11,815 nt of DNA, from positions 1 to 11,815 of the forward strand of contig JANRJA010000083.1 of NCBI GenBank assembly GCA_033764315.1, in the 5' to 3' direction. Position 1 is the stretch's first letter. Each line of letters opens with the position of its first letter. The stretch comes from Oculatellaceae cyanobacterium bins.114. GTDB lineage: Bacteria; Cyanobacteriota; Cyanobacteriia; Elainellales; Elainellaceae. Made by a program: the position numbers and the translations under genes. Under the pieces are notes generated by a model. That model made no database searches, was not told the origin of the DNA, and saw only the letters and a list, made by a program, of their open reading frames with translations. Positions 6,362 to 11,815 of this stretch are shown here, in pieces.

Positions 6362-7615
6362 GTGAGCAGGCGACAGGTTACGATGACAGCCCAGGGGACA
6401 CGACCAGAACCATCTAGCATGGAACCCAACTCAAATGAGTGGTCATGGTCATTTTGGTTTTTAGTGCCGCTCTATCCCTATGGCAAACGCCGAACGTTGC
6501 GTCATGAAGTGGTAAAAGACACCATTTGGACGTTTGAGCAGATTCAAGGCATTTTTTATGTTGTCGTTCCAATTCGGATGACGGTGGTGCGGCTAGAAAC
6601 AGGAGGGCTATTGGTCTATGCACCGATCGCCCCTACCCCTGAGTGCATTCAGTTGCTAAACGAATTGGTGGCTCAGCACGGAGAGGTGAAATACATCATT
6701 TTGCCAACTGTGTCCGGTTTAGAACACAAAGTATTTGTCGGTCCCTTTGCTCGGTTTTTCCCCAATGCTCAAGTGTTTGTGGCTCCTAAGCAATGGAGTT
6801 TTCCGATCAATTTGCCATTGAGTTGGTTAGGTTTTCCGCGTCGTCGGACATTTGTGCTGCCGGATGATAGCCGTAATGTGCCTTTTGGCGATGAGTTTGA
6901 TTATGCTATCTTGACGGTCGATTTAGGACGGCGTTGGTTTGGTGAGGTGGCCTTGTTACATAAGCGATCGCGCACCCTACTGGTCACAGACTCAGTGATC
7001 TCTGTCCCTGATCACCCCCCCGCGATCGTTCAACTTGATCCCTATCCGTTGTTGTTTCATGCCAAAGAAAATGCAGCTGACTTGATTCAAGATACGCCTG
7101 CAAACCGCTGTAAAGGATGGCATCGAATCTGTCTGTTTGCCTTGTACTTTCAGCCTGAGGCATTAGAAACAGTCACGTTGGGTGAGGCATTTCAAGAATC
7201 TTTTAAGGCACCCGATCGCTCCAAAAAAGCCTATTTAGGGCTATTTCCCTTTCGTTGGAAACCCAGTTGGGAGGCTGCATTTCGGCAAATGAGTCGGCAG
7301 GGTCAGTTGTTAGTGGCTCCCATTTTGCAAGCGTTGATTCTCAATCGTGCACCTAAAGAGGCGATCGCCTGGGCAAATCGGGTTGCCAGTTGGGATTTTC
7401 AACAGATTATCCCCTGTCATTTTGATGCGCCAGTCACCGCGACCCCATCTCAATTTCGGCAAGCGTTCGCATTCTTAGAAAAGCAGCCTTTGAAGGGTAG
7501 GCTACTAGAGAGTGAATCTGCGTCTTTGCCCAAAGAAGATGTGGCGTTTCTCAATGAGTTGAGCCAAACCTTGACCAAGGTGAGGGTGGTACCCCCGGCC
7601 CAAGACAAAATTTAG
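6362..7615 (+). CDS. DUF4336 family protein (metallo-beta-lactamase-like fold, conserved in cyanobacteria)
   Basis: Motifs VPLYPYGKRRT, IRMTVVRL, LLVYAPIAPT, GLEHK, TLLVTD and IIPCHFDAP. The exact start is uncertain. Confidence 0.88.
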   Translation: MSRRQVTMTAQGTRPEPSSMEPNSNEWSWSFWFLVPLYPYGKRRTLRHEVVKDTIWTFEQIQGIFYVVVPIRMTVVRLETGGLLVYAPIAPTPECIQLLNELVAQHGEVKYIILPTVSGLEHKVFVGPFARFFPNAQVFVAPKQWSFPINLPLSWLGFPRRRTFVLPDDSRNVPFGDEFDYAILTVDLGRRWFGEVALLHKRSRTLLVTDSVISVPDHPPAIVQLDPYPLLFHAKENAADLIQDTPANRCKGWHRICLFALYFQPEALETVTLGEAFQESFKAPDRSKKAYLGLFPFRWKPSWEAAFRQMSRQGQLLVAPILQALILNRAPKEAIAWANRVASWDFQQIIPCHFDAPVTATPSQFRQAFAFLEKQPLKGRLLESESASLPKEDVAFLNELSQTLTKVRVVPPAQDKI

Positions 7616-7661
7616 TAGATTCAGTTCAATCGTGATGGCTTGCAACTCCCTCAAAAGGGTA

Positions 7662-7699
7662 GAGGGGATGACGATCGCCCCCGCAACGTCATTCCCCTC
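7662..7699. terminator. Strong hairpin between the convergent DUF4336 and tgt genes; probable terminator
   Basis: GAGGGGATGACG (7662-7673) pairs with CGTCATTCCCCTC (7687-7699), 12 bp with one bulge. The U-tails are weak. Confidence 0.55.
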
Positions 7700-7901
7700 A
7701 GTCTTTATAGTAGAAAAATAAGACAGGTACACCGTCCACCAGACAGGTGATTCCCGCTCATCCGAATGGATGAGATAGGGAGCAAGGAAAAGGGAAAAAA
7801 AGCAGAGAGAAGAGGGTTAAGGGTAAACTCAGCAAGTGCTATCCCGTTGCCTCATTCTATTTAACGTCACAACTGTCACAACTGTCTTGACACTGGCTAT
7901 A

Positions 7902-9002
7902 TTACAACCAATGTCCAAATTCATCTAAAAAGCGATCGCCCATAATCGCTTCACGAATCCGTTGAGTAAAGTGAATTAGCTCGGTGATGTTATGAATCGA
8001 GATCAACGTGGCGGCTAGCAACTCATGAGCATGCAACAAGTGACTCAAATAAGCTCGAGTAAATGTTTGACAGGTATAACAAGGGCAGGTTTCATCCAGT
8101 GGTGTAAAGTCTTTGCGAAAACGATTGTTTTTGAGGTTCCAGCGGGTGCCTTGCACTAACGCATTGCCATGTCGGGCTAAGCGAGTTGGGATCACACAGT
8201 CAAAGAGATCGACCCCAGCGGCGATCGCCTGCACCATTTCTTTGTGAGTACCGACTCCCATCAAATAACGCGGTTTATTGACAGGCAAGAGAGGAGCCGT
8301 AGTCTTAACGATCGCCTCGATCATTTCTGAGGGTTCCCCTACACTGACGCCACCAATGGCATAACCATGAGCGTCGATCTCAGCTAATGCTTTAGCCGCA
8401 TTATGCCGAAGATCAGGATAGACTCCTCCTTGGATGATGGGAAAGAGAGCCTGATCAGTTCGTTGGTGAGCAGCAAAACATCTTTCTAGCCAACGATAAG
8501 TGCGATCGGTTGCTGCTTTAACGGCTTCCCAACTAGCAGGATAAGGCGGGCACTCATCAAATGCCATGATCACATCTGCACCCAGCGCATTTTGAATCTG
8601 AATCGATCGCTCTGGGGTAAAGTGAATAGTTTGTCCATCACGAGGAGAGCGAAACGTCACTCCCTCTTCGGCGATCGTCCGAATTTCACTTAAGCTAAAG
8701 ACCTGAAACCCACCCGAATCGGTTAGCATCGGGCCCTGCCATCCCATAAATCGATGCAAACCCCCGGCCTGCGCGACAATATCTTCTCCAGGTTGCAAAT
8801 GCAAATGGTAAGTATTGGCTAAAACCATTTGCGCGCCTGTTGCTTGCAACTGTTGTGGGGTAACAGTTTTAACGTTTGCTAACGTGCCCACTGGCATAAA
8901 CCGAGGGGTCTCAACCAAACCGTGGGGTGTAAAAAAAATGCCAGCTCGCGCCTGAGTATGGCTACAACGAGCTTGGTGTTGAAACGAAAAATGTGAACTC
9001 AA
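7902..9002 (-). CDS. tgt: tRNA-guanine transglycosylase (queuine tRNA-ribosyltransferase)
   Basis: Motifs [59 protein letters not shown] and the Zn site CPCYTC...HN. TTG start. Confidence 0.98.
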   Translation of the reverse strand: MSSHFSFQHQARCSHTQARAGIFFTPHGLVETPRFMPVGTLANVKTVTPQQLQATGAQMVLANTYHLHLQPGEDIVAQAGGLHRFMGWQGPMLTDSGGFQVFSLSEIRTIAEEGVTFRSPRDGQTIHFTPERSIQIQNALGADVIMAFDECPPYPASWEAVKAATDRTYRWLERCFAAHQRTDQALFPIIQGGVYPDLRHNAAKALAEIDAHGYAIGGVSVGEPSEMIEAIVKTTAPLLPVNKPRYLMGVGTHKEMVQAIAAGVDLFDCVIPTRLARHGNALVQGTRWNLKNNRFRKDFTPLDETCPCYTCQTFTRAYLSHLLHAHELLAATLISIHNITELIHFTQRIREAIMGDRFLDEFGHWL

Positions 9003-9012
9003 GCGTTAGGTA

Positions 9013-9471
9013 CTACAGCGAAAAATTTTCTTCGTCATCAATCCGAACATCCCAACTGGCGGAGAGAACTTCGGCAACGACGGCTTCTAGAGCGGCTGCA
9101 TTAAGGGTGCGGCTACTTTGATCTTGAAGTGGATTAGATAGTGGGATCAAGCGCAGTTGACGATTATCTTGAACGAGATCAAACCACGCCTGTTGTTCAG
9201 GAGATTGTTTCAATTCTAAATAATCAAAACTGTGGACATTGATGTAAAGTGTGTGGTTGGCGACTAATGTTGATCGTTGCGGATCGGAAAATACGTCCAG
9301 CACACAGCCTTCATTTTCGCTGAGCAAATTGCCATCTTGAATGTAGCAGTAGCGAACCCGATTGAGGTCGGAAAGTAGTCGCTGCATGTCTTGTTTGTTG
9401 ATCACAATACCCGTGTCAACAATGCAAGGAGCGGGCAGCTTGGCGTTTCCAGAAAGTTGATCGTGACTCAT
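9013..9471 (-). CDS. Conserved cyanobacterial hypothetical protein (152 aa), probably co-transcribed with tgt
   Basis: ORF ends 10 bp before the tgt start. ATG at 9471 (MSHDQLSGNAKLPAPCIVDTG) is preferred over the TTG at 9546. It resembles a cyanobacterial hypothetical family as I recall it; function unknown. Confidence 0.8.
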   Translation of the reverse strand: MSHDQLSGNAKLPAPCIVDTGIVINKQDMQRLLSDLNRVRYCYIQDGNLLSENEGCVLDVFSDPQRSTLVANHTLYINVHSFDYLELKQSPEQQAWFDLVQDNRQLRLIPLSNPLQDQSSRTLNAAALEAVVAEVLSASWDVRIDDEENFSL

Positions 9472-10268
9472 AGTAATGACAAAGCCATGACCTGAGATAT
9501 ATAGGTCTGGTAATGTTGATGAAAAATAAAAAAAACGGAACTTCAAGTTTGCAGCCCTGGTCTTTAGAGGAAAAAACTAGTGGCTAGCGGAACGAGTAGT
9601 TAGTTAATCATGCTGAGGTGATTGCACTACTTCAGGACAAAGCTGGGTTAAAAGACATATCAGCTAGTTATCTTAGAGAACTGTCAGCTCTGCCAAACTG
9701 AGTTGTGTTGCAACTCTATTTAGTAGTGCATGAAACAATCTTATCCTAGATAATTAAATGTATCTCCTACGAAACCCATGAAAAGTAAGCACCTGCAAGA
9801 CCTACAGCGATTTTTGATTTTCAGATTTGAGTGGAAAACATAATTATGACGCTAAGAGGAGTTTAGAAATTCAGCTAAGGTGCTGAATCTTTTTAGATAG
9901 CTTTATGGTATAAGAACGGATCACACGATGCACCCCTCTCACTGTGTCTTAAAAGGCAGCATCGGTGACTAAAGTTGCAGACTTCGACGTGAGCCACCGA
10001 ACGCTACACGAGCAAAACTGGCCTCCGCAGGTTACAAAAAGCCTGGATTGGCTTAAGTCCGCTTCCCGTCGCTAGAGATCGGGGATCTTAGAAAAAAGGC
10101 ATTCAAAGCGTTTCCTCAAAGTCCTTCGGAAGGGGTGAATTTAGGGACTACTAACGCTGCCAGTACTCTCTTCATGCCTGGATTTAGCAACGCCTCAAGC
10201 AATACCTGAGGTTGACTTGGCTGATAACTTTGACTGCGACCCATGATAGTGGAGATAGACGATTAACC

Positions 10269-11042
10269 ATGATGGCGACTGTAATGGCATGGATGGCACA
10301 GTTTGCGGCAGCGATCGCCTTTTATACGACTGTGCCGATTCCTCTTCACTGGACGCTGGAATTTCAGTGGGTGTCTCGTTGGGTGGTGGTGGTTGGGTTG
10401 CTGATTGGTGGCATGCTGGCAGTGTTGAACGGGGGCTTGTGGGCAGTCGGCATGCCTGTTTTAGTACGCAGTACTGTGGTTGTGCTCATTTGGATCAGCA
10501 TCACCGGGGGGTTGCATCTAGATGGGGCAATGGATACGGCAGATGGACTGGCGGTGCAAGATCCACAACGACGATTAGAGGTGATGACCGACAGTGCTAC
10601 AGGGGCCTTTGGGGCAATGGTGGCGATCGCCCTGGTATTTCTCAAAATCGCGGCTCTCGCTGAACTTGGCTCTGTTGCTGCCCCGGCTTTGATGCTTGCC
10701 ACAGGTTGGGGACGATGGGCGCAGCAGGTGGCGATCGCCCGCTATCCCTATCTCAAACCCACAGGCAAAGGGGCATTTCACAAAAAGGCAATTCCCTCCA
10801 TTGGTTACGTCATTCCCAGTGCGTTACTCTTACTGTCTCTCAGCGTGGTGTTATACGCTTTGGGCGTGTCCTGGTGGTGGGCATTAGGTAGTGTTTTGAT
10901 AGGAGGGGCGATCGCTCTGATAGTCCCTGCTTGGTTTCATCAGCAATTGGGAGGACATACCGGAGACACGTATGGAGCTACCGTAGAGTGGACAGAGGCG
11001 ATCGTGCTGGTGGGGTTAACGCTTTTAGGGAGTGCTGAGTAG
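10269..11042 (+). CDS. cobS: Adenosylcobinamide-GDP ribazoletransferase (cobalamin synthase)
   Basis: Multi-pass membrane protein with ITGGLHLDGAMDTADG, RRLEVMTDSATGAFG and LGGHTGDTYGATVEWTE. An ATG near 10269-10284 is more plausible than the TTG at 10212. Confidence 0.97.
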   Translation: MMATVMAWMAQFAAAIAFYTTVPIPLHWTLEFQWVSRWVVVVGLLIGGMLAVLNGGLWAVGMPVLVRSTVVVLIWISITGGLHLDGAMDTADGLAVQDPQRRLEVMTDSATGAFGAMVAIALVFLKIAALAELGSVAAPALMLATGWGRWAQQVAIARYPYLKPTGKGAFHKKAIPSIGYVIPSALLLLSLSVVLYALGVSWWWALGSVLIGGAIALIVPAWFHQQLGGHTGDTYGATVEWTEAIVLVGLTLLGSAE

Positions 11043-11206
11043 CGATTAACCCATGACTTCGCAGTGTCGCAATATCATTAAACAATCTCAAAAATAATCT
11101 CATCGCCTTTTGACACAGCCCTCCTCACCCCTGTTAGTGATTGACGGCTGACGATTAACTATTGACAATTGACCTGGTTCCCTTTTATTCAGTTCCCTTG
11201 GCTAAG

Positions 11207-11641
11207 ATGACTGACTCTGAAACCTCTGCTGCTAACGACGCTCTTGTGACCTGTGCCACAGCTTTAGGAATTCCCCAAATTCAGCGGCATGTCTTTATTT
11301 GTGCTGACCAAACGGTTCCCAAGTGTTGTGATAAAGCAGATAGTTTAGTGGCCTGGGACTATCTTAAAAAACGGCTGAAGGAACTCAAACTGGATATACC
11401 AACTAGCGATCGCCCTACCTGCATTTTTCGGACAAAAGCCAATTGCTTACGAGTCTGTCAACAAGGGCCAATTCTCCTAATCTACCCCGATGGTGTGTGG
11501 TATCGCAGCGCGACTCCAGAGGTAATTGAACAAATTATTCAAAGCCATCTCATCAATCATCAAATTCTCAACGAATATGCTTTTCTAGTGCATCCGCTGC
11601 CTCAAACTCCAGAAATGGTCTTAACCGAAACAAACCTATAG
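11207..11641 (+). CDS. Thioredoxin-like (2Fe-2S) ferredoxin
   Basis: RHVFICADQTVPKCC ... RTKANCLRVCQQGPILLIYPDGVWY ... IIQSHL is the Trx-like ferredoxin pattern. ATG at 11207 is preferred over the TTG at 11162. Confidence 0.92.
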   Translation: MTDSETSAANDALVTCATALGIPQIQRHVFICADQTVPKCCDKADSLVAWDYLKKRLKELKLDIPTSDRPTCIFRTKANCLRVCQQGPILLIYPDGVWYRSATPEVIEQIIQSHLINHQILNEYAFLVHPLPQTPEMVLTETNL

Positions 11642-11815
11642 AAAACTTTGAACTCCGTATTTATTTGATATCGACTAGAGGGAACCTCGAAAAATAGATC
11701 AAGCAGTGTCTTAAATCGAGACAAGTATGAGATCCTAGTGATGGAGCAGTGACGGGGTGAGTTGAGATGAAACAACCTGGCTTTTGGGATTGGGAAGACC
11801 GCCAAACCAAGCTCA

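Larger units (their letters stand above)
406..11413. repeat. HIP1 (GCGATCGC) dispersed octamers
   Basis: Copies start at about 406, 713, 1190, 1320, 2138, 3193, 6964, 7361, 7932, 8221, 10311, 10623, 10731, 10908 and 11406, a hallmark of many cyanobacterial genomes. Confidence 0.95.

Noticed and set aside
7616..7901. psbK, which often follows tgt in cyanobacteria
   Set aside because: Minus-strand translation gives no PsbK ORF. One frame has LVDGVPVLFF, but it lacks a start, is bounded by stops and has no LPEAY or WQAAVGFR motif.
9760..9770. NtcA site (GTATCTCCTAC)
   Set aside because: The spacer is 5 nt, not the 8 nt of GTA-N8-TAC.
9900..10268. Cobalamin riboswitch upstream of cobS
   Set aside because: No GGGAA...GGTG.AA.TCC...CCC.C.ACTGT core or B12 box recognisable.
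156..10891. Short overlapping ORFs from the track (156-371, 548-736, 2532-2810, 3003-3311, 3914-4183, 4783-5157, 5924-6121, 6414-6623, 7505-7732, 10289-10891 set)
   Set aside because: Antisense or alternate-frame shadows of well-supported genes with no recognisable motifs. The GDKDG repeat in 4783-5157 is only the reverse of the 18-bp repeat.
11120..11131. Yfr1 sRNA motif (ACTCCTCACAC)
   Set aside because: The sequence is CCTCCTCACCC (two mismatches) and lacks convincing flanking hairpins.
11602..11805. 67-aa minus-strand ORF
   Set aside because: TTG start, overlaps the ferredoxin 3' end and has no recognisable features.

Overview
Cyanobacterial chromosome segment; the HIP1 octamer GCGATCGC occurs at least 15 times. 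It contains the probable replication origin: a DnaA-box cluster, DnaA-trios and AT-rich DNA at ~1760-2040, directly upstream of dnaN, with no dnaA in the window. Housekeeping or conserved genes: HDAC-family deacetylase, DUF2721-like membrane protein, dnaN, Mpg/AAG DNA glycosylase, DUF4336 protein, tgt, a conserved hypothetical, cobS and a thioredoxin-like 2Fe-2S ferredoxin. The standout is an AT-rich, HIP1-free insert downstream of dnaN (~3390-5580) carrying a translationally coupled two-gene operon. Gene 1 is a His-rich, possibly MazG-like all-alpha protein. Gene 2 is a dCTP-deaminase/dUTPase-fold protein that appears to lack the deaminase catalytic residues and has gained a coiled coil, a transmembrane helix and a Pro/Ser/Thr tail. 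I infer a candidate nucleotide-sensing anti-phage module; this is untested. Secondary observations: a GATC cluster and a near-LexA box in oriC, a consensus LexA box embedded in repeats, and a structured candidate sRNA downstream of tgt. All assignments are by eye and from memory of the families; no searches were run.
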